DNA of 64,000 bases from Promethearchaeia archaeon (GCA_046483985.1 JAWOCD010000039.1:32001-96000), one strand, 5' to 3'; shown: positions 10,894-20,965, counted from the stretch's first letter. Translations and numbers: made by a program. The notes: generated by a model from the sequence alone, not told the origin.

Positions 10894-12546
10894 ATGAGAA
10901 TTAGAACACGTGAAAAGCTAAAGAAGAAGAACGCGATAATCGTATTTCTCTTTCTCCTCCCTCTAATCACCTTTCTAAGCTATACGGGGGGATTATTTAT
11001 CATTGTTAACGATATGGCGTCATATACTTACGATGTGGAAATTGACAAGAATGATTTTTATGGAGAAAGTGAAATTAACGAAACGTTGCTCGCAGAAATT
11101 GCGGAGGTATTAGAATACCGTCATAATAAATACCATATTCCGGAAGGCATTATTAATCTGACCCTTAGCGTTGATTTTACGGATTATAACTATAGTACTG
11201 TAGAACGATGGCATGAAACGGATAACGCTGCCTTATGGGGTGGAGAGATCCTTGGTGCAGAGTGTCATCGCTATGCTGTCGCAAAAAGAGAAGAAAATGA
11301 TGACGAATTGAACGAGACAATCCACGTCATTAGAAGATTAGTCCATGGATTTTCTATGCTCTTAAAAGTTCCAAATGGAGGCCTAGGACCAGAATATCCT
11401 GGGATTCCAGCGCGTTTCTATGCCGCTCCTGGGCAAGAAGGATTATTTCCAAAGATTTTTAGCGACCATTACAAGATGTTCAATGGGTCGGGGGATTATA
11501 AGAATTGGAAATGTCGGTTAAAAACCAGTAAGGATGAGCTTGCCGGCTATATTTTGGGTCTGGGAACTGTCTTAAAGTTCATTGATCCAGAAGATTCGGC
11601 GGACGCGGAATGGTGCTATGAAACGGTGAAATTGATGGTTGCTCAATTAATAGAGGGATTTAAGGACACGAATTGGCTTGTATTACATGGAGATGGCTAT
11701 CCCGCTGGAAGCGATAATAATATGTATTTGGGGGGAGGTGTTTGGAAATTGGCTTGGCTAAAATTGGGCGAGTTAGCATATCCAGAGAAATATGCAACTG
11801 ACTATAACTATATTGCTGCAAAAGCAATGCATTTACATCAATCCGGGGAGGGAACCCTTTGGAATACCATAATGGAGTATTATGCCTATAATTTCGGCCA
11901 AGCTGTTGTGTATTCATTAGTTCTTTTGGAAGACGACCCAGAGTTAAAACATTTCTATATAACTATGCATGAAAATGGATTTTATAATATTTTGAGATAT
12001 CATCGGAATGCATGGTTTAATGCAGCTCATCTAGCCTTTATGAAGATGATAGGTGAAGAAAAAAGTAAAGAGTTTGAAGATCCTGACTATAATCATGATA
12101 CTATTGCTTGGGACGTTAAGGACCAACTTTATCGATTCAAAGATTGGGTTAATCCGAAAGGAATGTCGCTCTCGAAAGACCAGTGGGGAGTACGAAATTA
12201 TAACCTAACGCAACGACCCCATTCAACTCGAGCTACTAGCGAGAATGAGGATATTAAAGCGATGGAAAAAGATCCAACTTCAAAAGAGTGGAGGGATTTC
12301 TTCGATAACCATATTTTTGGGAAATTATATTCCTGGGTCCAAGAAGATTTGTTCGATTTTGAAGATCATTATCTGAAACCCATCACGGTGTCTGAGCAGG
12401 GGACCGCGTCTAATGTGTGGGCAAGAAATCCGTTTTATGCGGAGGGTGGAGATGCTGGCGGGAATGGTTTGCGTGAGGAACGGGGATTATCTTTCCTTTT
12501 ACCCTATTGGATTATGAGATATCACGGATATCTCGAGGCTTCATAA
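10894..12546 (+). CDS. Uncharacterised membrane-anchored protein, paralogue 1 (possible alpha/alpha-toroid glycosidase-like)
   Basis: 550 aa, N-terminal TM. Shares TDN, PNGG, RLKTS(K/R)DE, RYHRN, RNYNLT.RPHSTR.TS and terminal YW motifs with 14206 and 24652. Fold is inference. Confidence 0.85.
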   Translation: MRIRTREKLKKKNAIIVFLFLLPLITFLSYTGGLFIIVNDMASYTYDVEIDKNDFYGESEINETLLAEIAEVLEYRHNKYHIPEGIINLTLSVDFTDYNYSTVERWHETDNAALWGGEILGAECHRYAVAKREENDDELNETIHVIRRLVHGFSMLLKVPNGGLGPEYPGIPARFYAAPGQEGLFPKIFSDHYKMFNGSGDYKNWKCRLKTSKDELAGYILGLGTVLKFIDPEDSADAEWCYETVKLMVAQLIEGFKDTNWLVLHGDGYPAGSDNNMYLGGGVWKLAWLKLGELAYPEKYATDYNYIAAKAMHLHQSGEGTLWNTIMEYYAYNFGQAVVYSLVLLEDDPELKHFYITMHENGFYNILRYHRNAWFNAAHLAFMKMIGEEKSKEFEDPDYNHDTIAWDVKDQLYRFKDWVNPKGMSLSKDQWGVRNYNLTQRPHSTRATSENEDIKAMEKDPTSKEWRDFFDNHIFGKLYSWVQEDLFDFEDHYLKPITVSEQGTASNVWARNPFYAEGGDAGGNGLREERGLSFLLPYWIMRYHGYLEAS

Positions 12547-12625
12547 AGAACTGATGCTTTTCAATATTCAATAAAAATTTAAAATAGTAAAAAAGAATAT
12601 TCAATACATAGAACGTGATATAAAT

Positions 12626-13762
12626 ATGAAAAACCATAAAAAAAACACGCAAATTTTCTCTATTTCATTATTAACCGTGCTCGTCTGCAGCTCTTTTTTG
12701 ATGGTTTTTGCCATCTGGAGCATCAGAGTACCAGTGAACTCAGAAGAGCAAGCTGCTGCTAACCCCACTAATACAAATTCAACACCGAAAATTTCTGGTG
12801 ATTTTAATGCCTCCGTCGAGATTTATATTAAGAATAATTGGACAGAAACAGAAGATACAGAAGATTGGTGTACAGGAAATGGAACGGATTCGGATCCTTT
12901 CTTAATTGATGGATTAGAAATCAACGGAGGAGAAGAAAACGTGTGTTTAGTAATTCAAGACACCGTAGAAAATTTTACGGTAAAAAACTGTACATTTATG
13001 GATAGTGCCGAAGGAAATAACTATGGGGGATTAGTTCTAAATAATGTAACTAAGGGAAATATTTCTGATAATAAAATTTATAGTAATTCTCACGGAATTT
13101 GGCTTTATAACACATCAGATATGATAATTGAAGAAAATAGAATTATAAATAATACCGAAAGTGGGATTTATATGGAAAAATCTGAAAGTGTGGATATTTT
13201 AGGGAATCTTATCAAGAATTGCAGTGAAAGCGATGGAATTAGGCTGAATGACACATCAAGTATACTAATTGAAGATAATAGAATATCAAATAACAAGAAA
13301 AATGGTATTTATCTGGCAGAATCTCAAGATGTGGATATTTTTGATAATATTGTTAAGAAAAATACAGAAGATGGGATCTTTCTTTCTAACTCCGAGTCTA
13401 ATAATATGTCCTACAATATAATCCATATCAATACCCTTTATGGTGTACATTTAGATTCCAAAAGCGATAATAATGGGCTCCGTGAAAATTACTTAGGATA
13501 TAACACGAAGGGATGCTGGAAAGACGAGGGAAGTGAAAATATCTTCACTTTAAATGATTGTATTGGAAATTATGAAGAGGAGCCCGTATATGATGATTAT
13601 GAACCGACAGACTTGACCCCGATAATAATAGGGGTAGGGGTTACACTTGCGATAATTCTTGGACTCATAATTTTTGCTAAATTTGGGTTCCCCGTATTGA
13701 AAGAAAAATTTCTGGACAGCTCCCGGGAATCGTCAGAAAAAGAGTTACAAAAACAAGTATAA
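12626..13762 (+). CDS. Right-handed parallel beta-helix (NosD/CASH-like) surface protein
   Basis: Repeated GI.L..S....I..N.I..N units, GNGT.SDPF.I motif, N- and C-terminal TM helices, many N-x-S/T sequons. Confidence 0.85.
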   Translation: MKNHKKNTQIFSISLLTVLVCSSFLMVFAIWSIRVPVNSEEQAAANPTNTNSTPKISGDFNASVEIYIKNNWTETEDTEDWCTGNGTDSDPFLIDGLEINGGEENVCLVIQDTVENFTVKNCTFMDSAEGNNYGGLVLNNVTKGNISDNKIYSNSHGIWLYNTSDMIIEENRIINNTESGIYMEKSESVDILGNLIKNCSESDGIRLNDTSSILIEDNRISNNKKNGIYLAESQDVDIFDNIVKKNTEDGIFLSNSESNNMSYNIIHINTLYGVHLDSKSDNNGLRENYLGYNTKGCWKDEGSENIFTLNDCIGNYEEEPVYDDYEPTDLTPIIIGVGVTLAIILGLIIFAKFGFPVLKEKFLDSSRESSEKELQKQV

Positions 13763-13788
13763 ACATAAATAATAACAAACCTTTTTTT

Positions 13789-14073
13789 TCATTTATTTTT
13801 TGTTTTTAATTGTTGTAAGTAAACACTCAACCACTCTTGAAACAGTTGATTAAATTGAGATAAGGAACATTTCTCGTGATTCTTAATGGAAAGGCTCCCT
13901 TCTACTAAAAACTTGTTTGACCGTGTTGAACCATCTCTCGATTTTCCCTTTTGTTTGCGGATGATGCGATTTCGCAAAAATCGGGTTTATATCTAAATGC
14001 TCCAGTAATTTCGAATATTTGGTGCCTAAATCTCCGATCAAATTCTGAATTGGGTGCTATCATTCGCCAGCAT
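13789..14073 (-). pseudogene. DDE/rve integrase-core transposase relic (IS481/IS3-like), frameshifted
   Basis: Three frames join to MLANDSTQFR / LIGDLGTKYSKLLEHLDINPIFAKSHHPQTKGKIERWFNTVKQ / FLVE..FNQLFQEWL; PQTKGKIER is the rve signature. Confidence 0.8.
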
Positions 14074-14205
14074 TTCTTAATTACTGATCACATTTTTAGA
14101 TTCAAAGTTAAATTATATTTCATTACCATTTCGTTTCAAATGTTAAATATCTAAAGGGTTAATCTTTCTATAAGAAGAATTTAAAAAAAATTTATAGAAT
14201 CTGAT

Positions 14206-15828
14206 ATGAGAATTCGCACTAGAGAAAAATTAGCGAAAAAAAATGCTGTCATAGTGTTCCTCTGCTTATTACCCCTTCTTGGGGTGTCCACCTATGGGAC
14301 GAGTATTCTTTACATCTTATATGATATCAACTCGTTTACCTTTGAACCCAATAAACCAAATACAGATTATTTTGAATCTTCAGAAGGCATTGACATGACG
14401 CGTTTGGAAGAGATGGCGGAGACTTTCGATTATCGAACCCGAAAATTTAATGCTCCCATCGGATATCCTGTGGATGTCGTGTTTAAAAACAGATCCTATA
14501 CCTATGATGCGATCGACCATTGGGAACACACCGATAATGGTGCTTTGCATAATGCTTATGCGCTTGCAGCGGCGTGTTTGAAATATAAGGTTGCGCTCGA
14601 AGCGGGAGATCACGAGCGTATCAACAATATCACAGAGAACGTAAGATTTTATGTCCAAGCGTTGGAAAATCTTATCGCCGCTCCCAATGGAGGAATAGGA
14701 AAAAAGCCTGGAACCGATGAGTGGTATCCGGGAATTCTTTCTCGGTTTGCATGTTCTTATCAGGATGCCAAAAAATACCACCCGTTTATGCTAGAGCCTC
14801 ATGTGAGACATCATAATGGAACGGGGGAATATAAAAATTGGCGGATAAGATTGAAGACTTCCCGTGATGAGGTGTCCGGATTTTATTTGGGATGGGCATG
14901 TGTATTGAAATTTATAGATCCCAACGAGAATGAAGATTCAAAATGGTGTGTAGACCATGTAAAAACGATGGTTGAGCAAGTAATCAGGCATTGGAAAAAA
15001 GAATCGAACTGGTTGGTTTTGGATCACAACGGTGCCCCCACGGGATCAGATATTAACAGCCCCGATTGGCAATTGGTAGGATTACGTATCGCCGCCACTG
15101 CTTGCCCGGAGAAATATGAGGCCCTTTATCATTATGTTGCTTCCAAAAAACTCCAATTCTTGCAAGCCAGTATGGGTGATTGGCCGAATGCAGGATTTGA
15201 ATATTTTGCTTGGATGCTTGCGGGAAATTCTATGTTTACTCTGATACTCTTAGAAGATGATCCGAACCTTCAATATCATTACATAAAACTCTATGAAAGC
15301 GGAATGTATAATGCCTTACGATATCACAGAAATGCGTATGCAAATATTCTCCATTTAGTTTTTATGAGTATGCTGGAGCCAGAACAAGTGACCCAAATAG
15401 AACGTCCAATTTCTAATGATTTTGTCAGATGGGATGTGCTTGACCAACTTTGGCGTTTCCATACCAGTAATTGGTGTCCTATTCGGAATTATAATCTTAC
15501 CGAAAGACCCCACTCGACTCGTTCTACCAGTAAAAATCCAGAGATACGGGCGAAGAAATTGGATCCCAGCAGAAAACGGTGGAGAGAGTTTATTAACTCT
15601 CATCCGGTCGGAGGGATGTACGAATGGTTAATTGATCTGTTTGACATGGAAGATAAATTATATGAAGAACCCCGAACGATTTCAGAACATTGGGCACAGC
15701 ATATGATTTGGCAGAGTAATCCTTTCAAGAAAGAGGGAGGGGACCCTCATGGAGGTGGATTAGAAGAGGCTCCTGGAACTTCCTATACTCTTGTCTACTG
15801 GTTAGGAAGAGCATTCGAGATATTCTAA
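14206..15828 (+). CDS. Uncharacterised membrane-anchored protein, paralogue 2
   Basis: 540 aa, MRIRTREKL start plus TM, same motif series as 10894 and 24652. Confidence 0.85.
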   Translation: MRIRTREKLAKKNAVIVFLCLLPLLGVSTYGTSILYILYDINSFTFEPNKPNTDYFESSEGIDMTRLEEMAETFDYRTRKFNAPIGYPVDVVFKNRSYTYDAIDHWEHTDNGALHNAYALAAACLKYKVALEAGDHERINNITENVRFYVQALENLIAAPNGGIGKKPGTDEWYPGILSRFACSYQDAKKYHPFMLEPHVRHHNGTGEYKNWRIRLKTSRDEVSGFYLGWACVLKFIDPNENEDSKWCVDHVKTMVEQVIRHWKKESNWLVLDHNGAPTGSDINSPDWQLVGLRIAATACPEKYEALYHYVASKKLQFLQASMGDWPNAGFEYFAWMLAGNSMFTLILLEDDPNLQYHYIKLYESGMYNALRYHRNAYANILHLVFMSMLEPEQVTQIERPISNDFVRWDVLDQLWRFHTSNWCPIRNYNLTERPHSTRSTSKNPEIRAKKLDPSRKRWREFINSHPVGGMYEWLIDLFDMEDKLYEEPRTISEHWAQHMIWQSNPFKKEGGDPHGGGLEEAPGTSYTLVYWLGRAFEIF

Positions 15829-15871
15829 ATTTTTAATTTTTATTTTTTTATTAGAAGATAAGCAAAATAGG

Positions 15872-17071
15872 TTAAGATAATTTTTTAGTTAGATTTTCCA
15901 TGCTTCCTTGACACGGATTTCCATATACCGCAAAAACTTGGTTATTTTTCATGTCCATCATTATTCCGAATCCAGTTGAGACCTTTTCTCCGTGATTACA
16001 GAATGTATTCTCTGATGGCATGTTGTTGGGACCATGATCGCTCTGTACTTTCGCATTTAAAAAATCCAAGGAGATCTTCTCATTTTCCATATCCTTGAGT
16101 ATATTATATGTACGCTTGTATCTGAGAATAGAAGACCTATGAACTAGCTTTCCTTGAAGGAACTTAGGCGCTCCTTTCGTATAAAATGCATTGCGCGGTA
16201 CTTCACTTTGTTTCATGACTGGAGTAACATAATGGTTGGTAGCGATCAAAAAGTCCGATTCTCCTTTTTTGCCCTTCCTCCGAACCTCAACTTGAGTTGG
16301 ACTCGTTTCCACTACGGCTAAATCACCGCCCCTATCCGCAATCATCATGTTTGCCCCTCCTAAACGTGGAAATTGCTTCAGCATCTGAATAGATTCCTTC
16401 ACGGTGGTACAGTGCTCAAGGACCTCTCGAATTAAAAACATTGGCGGAATCCCTTTTTTTCCAATGTTCAAAGGATAAGCAAAACTGTACACCATAGATA
16501 GACCCTTTTCATTTACTCCATTATTAATACCCCCTAATCCGTCTACGCTGGAGCCCAGTGTGGCATACTTCTCCCCATAGGTTGGCGTTAATTTTCGAAA
16601 AATTATATGTTGTGCGAGCGTTGGAGTCCCATCCCAATTTTTGATTATCAAAACTCCGCCCGTATCCGTCCGATTTGGCGTTATTCCCACTGCACTACAA
16701 TTATTTAAAGGGAAGCTGTTCCCTCTTGTTTCCTTATACTTAGTAACTTGAGAGCCTAAAGCATCGATGGCTTGAAGGAAGAGAATCCTTTTCATGGAGA
16801 GCTGAGCGCCTTCGCTTAATCCTTCTAAAAACTCCCATTGGGAGGGAAGATGTGTTTTTATAGAGTCTTTTACCATTTTAGAAGAGAAATAGACAGCTAA
16901 TTTGACGAATAGAAATTTGGGGATCAGAAACGGTTTTGCGGCTAAAAAGTCCTCTGAATGTATAAGATCCTTATACATCTGATGGATTGCTTCTTGAAAT
17001 TTGGTCCCTTGTTGCAGCCCCATGTCGTATTCTGACCCCTCTAACTGAAAAACTTTAATCGACTTTTTCAT
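15872..17071 (-). CDS. C45 family Ntn-hydrolase / autoproteolytic acyltransferase
   Basis: NCSAVG nucleophile, KNWD, GVNEKGL, ATNHY. Probable start 17071 after AGGTGA (track 17089). Confidence 0.85.
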   Translation of the reverse strand: MKKSIKVFQLEGSEYDMGLQQGTKFQEAIHQMYKDLIHSEDFLAAKPFLIPKFLFVKLAVYFSSKMVKDSIKTHLPSQWEFLEGLSEGAQLSMKRILFLQAIDALGSQVTKYKETRGNSFPLNNCSAVGITPNRTDTGGVLIIKNWDGTPTLAQHIIFRKLTPTYGEKYATLGSSVDGLGGINNGVNEKGLSMVYSFAYPLNIGKKGIPPMFLIREVLEHCTTVKESIQMLKQFPRLGGANMMIADRGGDLAVVETSPTQVEVRRKGKKGESDFLIATNHYVTPVMKQSEVPRNAFYTKGAPKFLQGKLVHRSSILRYKRTYNILKDMENEKISLDFLNAKVQSDHGPNNMPSENTFCNHGEKVSTGFGIMMDMKNNQVFAVYGNPCQGSMENLTKKLS

Positions 17072-17091
17072 GCAAAAATCACCTTTCATAC

Positions 17092-17886
17092 TTATAATTC
17101 GTATAAATCTGGTTTTCTATCATCAACCAAATTATTATAATCGTTTAAATCCTTAGATCTTGCCTCATGTGGATTAATTTCAGCCACATCTACATGAACC
17201 TCATTTTTGGGAGCGGCTGATAATACTTCCCCCTTATAATCTGTAATTTGGCTCTCTCCAGTGAAAGTAAAGTCATCTTCTCCACGCTGTTCTCGTCCTA
17301 TGCGATTTGCCGTCACTGCAAACACCCTATTCTCGAGACACCTTACTTTCATCGCATTTTGGCAATAGGGGAGCACTAAATTTGCAGAGTGTGCTATTAC
17401 ATCGGCACCTAATAGGGCTAACGAACGAATAGATTCCGGAAATAACCAATCAAAGCATATCATCATTCCAATTTTCATTTTATTGGTTTCATAGATTTGA
17501 AAAGGCCTATTTCCAGGTGAAAACCAAAGCTTTTCCTTATTATAGAGATGAATTTTTCGATAAGATCCAAAAACTTTATCTTGAGAGACCATAAGTGATG
17601 AATTATATAATTTATTTCCGTCTTTTTCTATAAACCCTCCAATAATAATGGAGCTTGTTTTTTCGGCAATTTGCTGAAGGAATTTAGAGGTTTTTCCATT
17701 CAGAGGTTCTGCCATTTCTTGAGCCTCTTCCTTGGAAATAAATGTATAACCCGTAGCAAATAATTCTGGGAGCACCAGAAGATCTGCATTAACATTTTCA
17801 GAAACTTCCTCCACCTCTGAAAAATTTTTTTCTTTATCTCCAAACACGGGAGACGTTTGAATATATCCGATCTTCAATTCTAACAC
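17092..17886 (-). CDS. Carbon-nitrogen hydrolase (nitrilase superfamily)
   Basis: LPELFATGY (Glu), YRKIHL (Lys), ICFDW (Cys) catalytic triad. Confidence 0.92.
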   Translation of the reverse strand: MLELKIGYIQTSPVFGDKEKNFSEVEEVSENVNADLLVLPELFATGYTFISKEEAQEMAEPLNGKTSKFLQQIAEKTSSIIIGGFIEKDGNKLYNSSLMVSQDKVFGSYRKIHLYNKEKLWFSPGNRPFQIYETNKMKIGMMICFDWLFPESIRSLALLGADVIAHSANLVLPYCQNAMKVRCLENRVFAVTANRIGREQRGEDDFTFTGESQITDYKGEVLSAAPKNEVHVDVAEINPHEARSKDLNDYNNLVDDRKPDLYEL

Positions 17887-17888
17887 TT

Positions 17889-18869
17889 TTAATTGTTTTT
17901 CGTTGAATTTGAAATTTTTTGTTTATATTGGCTGAAGAAAGTTTCAAGGTCTATATTTCCTCCACTAATGATAACGCCAATTTTTTTTCCTTCAATATTA
18001 ATTTGCTGGGATAAAACCCCGGCGAGCGAACACGCACCAGAAGGTTCCACCACTAATTTCATACGTTGCCAAATAAAGCGCATTGCCTCTAAAATTTGGC
18101 GTTCTGAGACCGTAATGATATCATCCACGTTGTTACTTATGATCTCAAAGGTTCTTTTGCTCAAGTTGGTCAGTAGACCATCTGCAATCGAATTAATCGT
18201 TTTATTTTTCTTAAGGTTTCCGGATTTAAATGATCGGTATGCATCATTCACGTTTTCTGGTTCTACCCCGTACACTTTTATTTCCGGATTAAATCCCTTT
18301 GTCGCAATGGACGTTCCGCTTAATAGTCCTCCCCCCCCAACGGGAGCAAAAACCATATCTACTCCATAAATTTCATTTAACAGTTCGAGAGCAGCCGTAC
18401 CTGCCCCAGCAATAATATCTTCATTATCGTACGGATGAATAAGTGTATATCCATGCTCTTTAATCAAACTTTCTGTGGTCTCATATCGTGCTTTCATGGT
18501 ATTCTTGCATTCTACCACTTTGCCCCCATAGGTATCTCTAGAGGCTTCAACCTTGACTCTCGGCGATGTTTCAGGCATTACAATGGTTGCTTTTATCCCC
18601 AATAATTTTGCGGATAAAGCAACTGCCTGAGCGTGATTACCGCTCGAATGGGCGATTACCCCTCTTGACTTTTGTTCCTCATCTAATTGGGAAATGGCGT
18701 TAAATGCGCCCCGCATTTTAAACGCCCCCACTCTCTGTAGATTTTCGCATTTTAAGAATATTTCCGCGCCCGTCTTTTCATTTAGTGTTCGGGAGGTTAA
18801 AACAGGAGTTTTATTTATTGCCTCTTCTATTCTTTCATGAGCTTTTAATACATCAGAATATTCTGGCAA
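17889..18869 (-). CDS. PLP-dependent serine/threonine dehydratase or serine racemase
   Basis: KCENLQRVGAFKMRGA, SSGNHAQA, VGGGGL, VEPSGA, SGGN; no ACT domain. Confidence 0.9.
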   Translation of the reverse strand: MPEYSDVLKAHERIEEAINKTPVLTSRTLNEKTGAEIFLKCENLQRVGAFKMRGAFNAISQLDEEQKSRGVIAHSSGNHAQAVALSAKLLGIKATIVMPETSPRVKVEASRDTYGGKVVECKNTMKARYETTESLIKEHGYTLIHPYDNEDIIAGAGTAALELLNEIYGVDMVFAPVGGGGLLSGTSIATKGFNPEIKVYGVEPENVNDAYRSFKSGNLKKNKTINSIADGLLTNLSKRTFEIISNNVDDIITVSERQILEAMRFIWQRMKLVVEPSGACSLAGVLSQQINIEGKKIGVIISGGNIDLETFFSQYKQKISNSTKNN

Positions 18870-18987
18870 TTTATTACATCACTTCTGCTATCTTAAATCA
18901 GATTAATTAATGTATGTAAAAGATAACAAATTAAATTAATTCTCATCCCCTTAATTAATATACATTACCCTCGATCACCGAAAAATT

Positions 18988-19367
18988 ATGAAATATTGCG
19001 AAGAATGTGGTGCCAAATTAGGGAAAAATTGGAACTATTGCCATAATTGCGGTGTCCCCATAAGGGATTTTGATAAAAACGAGGATAAAGCTGCTGACTC
19101 TCTAAAGGGCTCAAAAAAGCGCTCTACAGAAGATATATTAGATACTTTAGATGTATTTTATTAATTATTGGAGTATTTACATTACTTATTTTTTATAATT
19201 TCTTCATAGAATGGTTCGATATTATCAGCATTGTTGTTATCGCCATCATTATTTTATCTTGCATCGGTCGGGTTATATATGCTCTTATCGGAGAGTTAAT
19301 CGTGAAACTAAGAAAGAAAGAAAAATCAAAACCCAAGGATGATAAAACTTTTGATAATCGAGGATAA
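18988..19367 (+). CDS. Zinc-ribbon membrane protein split by a -1 frameshift
   Basis: Frame 0 18988-19164 reads MKYCEECGAKLGKNWNYCHNCG...; the -1 frame is open 19098-19367 and encodes two TM helices plus a Lys-rich tail; A_AAA_AAG at 19113-19119. Not in the ORF track. Confidence 0.65.
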
Positions 19368-19378
19368 AACCAAGATTC

Positions 19379-20122
19379 TTATTTTTTGAAAGAGAGAATC
19401 CCTCCGAATTCATGAATTCTGGCACCAGCGGGGCTCTCTTCGGGAAGTATTTTTGTGACTATCCCCTTATTTTCTGCGATTTGTTTTAAACGATAAACTC
19501 GTCCCTTCTGTTTGTTTTCGTTCAAAAATTTATCCGTCATTATCAAATAATCGACCTTATCTGAAACTGAGTCGTCTTTCTTTCCTCCCATATATATCAA
19601 TTTCTCAATTTCCTTAAGTCCATAGAAAACTTTTTGCTTTTCGTCCTCTGTATTGAGAATTCTCTCTAATTGTGTCATCAATAAATCGCTTTCCCTTAAC
19701 GTGATTGATTTCATCACTTTTGAGGTCTTTTCTTGTTCCAAGAGCCACCGAACTTTCTTAGAAGTAGATGCTTTTCCTGTAATTTGTCCGAAACTAACTT
19801 GATTTTTCTTTTTGGATCGGATTAGCCAGCGATGATGCTTTTCTACGTGGTCGAGGAACCTTGAGCTATAATCTTTTTTGGGGAGATCAACTAAAAGGAT
19901 ACTTTTCACACCTTCATGAATTAAAGGTCTTAAGACATTAATAATATCTTCATGATAGTGGTATTCTTGTTTCTCGTTACAATTTTTCCATTTTCGTGGT
20001 AATTCTAGTCTTTTATGAAGTTTAACCCGTTGACTATATACCTGCCAAAAATGTATCGTTTGCTGACTAAATCCGACTAATACTGCGACGGAATAGCCGC
20101 GTTTTTTCCTTCTTCTTCCCAT
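19379..20122 (-). CDS. Pelota/aRF1 domain 2-3-like protein lacking the N-terminal domain
   Basis: C-terminal VFYGLKEIEK..VDYLIMTD..AENKG..ILPEESPAGARIHEFGGI resembles eRF1/pelota domain 3. Probable start ATG 20122. Confidence 0.6.
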   Translation of the reverse strand: MGRRRKKRGYSVAVLVGFSQQTIHFWQVYSQRVKLHKRLELPRKWKNCNEKQEYHYHEDIINVLRPLIHEGVKSILLVDLPKKDYSSRFLDHVEKHHRWLIRSKKKNQVSFGQITGKASTSKKVRWLLEQEKTSKVMKSITLRESDLLMTQLERILNTEDEKQKVFYGLKEIEKLIYMGGKKDDSVSDKVDYLIMTDKFLNENKQKGRVYRLKQIAENKGIVTKILPEESPAGARIHEFGGILSFKK

Positions 20123-20308
20123 TATATCTCCCGTATTTAATAAAAAGTATAGACCTTTTTTTTCTTTCCTATTTACTAAAAAAACTGACTCCATTAATAG
20201 TTTGAACACAATAAAGATTATTACAAAAGATGCTCCCCAGCAATAAGATATAATTTAATAAGATTTAGAAAAAATAATAGGAAATTTAACTTTTAAAAAA
20301 TCTCTAAT

Positions 20309-20965
20309 TTACTTTTTTATGCTATTTAGTTTTCCCTCTTCTTTCTCAAGAGCCTTTTTGGGAAATAACCGCTCTTTTAACTTCGCTGTTCCCGTATCGG
20401 GATTATATTCAAGTAATCCAGCTCGATCAAGTTCTTGGATAGAATGTAAGATATACGCTCCCCCAATTCCTAAGGTATTTTTTAATTCTTCCCTTGACAT
20501 TTCTTCTTTATCTCCATGAAGCGTATACAAAATACGATAATGCGGTTGTCCTTGCCATATTTCGGAAACTAAGACCGTATAGATTGAAAGCAGTGCCCGG
20601 ATCCGTTCAAAATCGTACTCGGATTCTTCCGCTTGCGCAGCCACTTCCATGAATTTTTTAAGCTCGACCTTAACTTTTTTATATTCTTCAAGGAGTTCTT
20701 GCTGTTCCTCCGACATTTTTCCAATTTTTTGATCTTGTTTCTTTTTTTCTTTTTCAAGTTGCTTTGTTTCTTTAATTAATTTTTCTTTCTCGCTTTCCAA
20801 ATGGTCTCGTTCTTGTTCCAATTTTAGCTTTTCTTGCTCAACTTGCTTTTTATCTCCCTCTAACTTCTTTAATTCCTTTTTGGCCCTTTTTAGAAGACCC
20901 CCGATTCTCTCCACGGCCTCAATAGTTTGATCCATTATCTGAAGTGTATCTTTATCTTCATTCAT
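20309..20965 (-). CDS. Coiled-coil protein with C-terminal winged-helix domain
   Basis: Heptads KKQVEQE-KLKLEQE-RDHLESE-KEKLIKE-TKQLEKE; MSREELKNTLGI...IQELDRAGLLEY wHTH pattern. Confidence 0.7.
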   Translation of the reverse strand: MNEDKDTLQIMDQTIEAVERIGGLLKRAKKELKKLEGDKKQVEQEKLKLEQERDHLESEKEKLIKETKQLEKEKKKQDQKIGKMSEEQQELLEEYKKVKVELKKFMEVAAQAEESEYDFERIRALLSIYTVLVSEIWQGQPHYRILYTLHGDKEEMSREELKNTLGIGGAYILHSIQELDRAGLLEYNPDTGTAKLKERLFPKKALEKEEGKLNSIKK

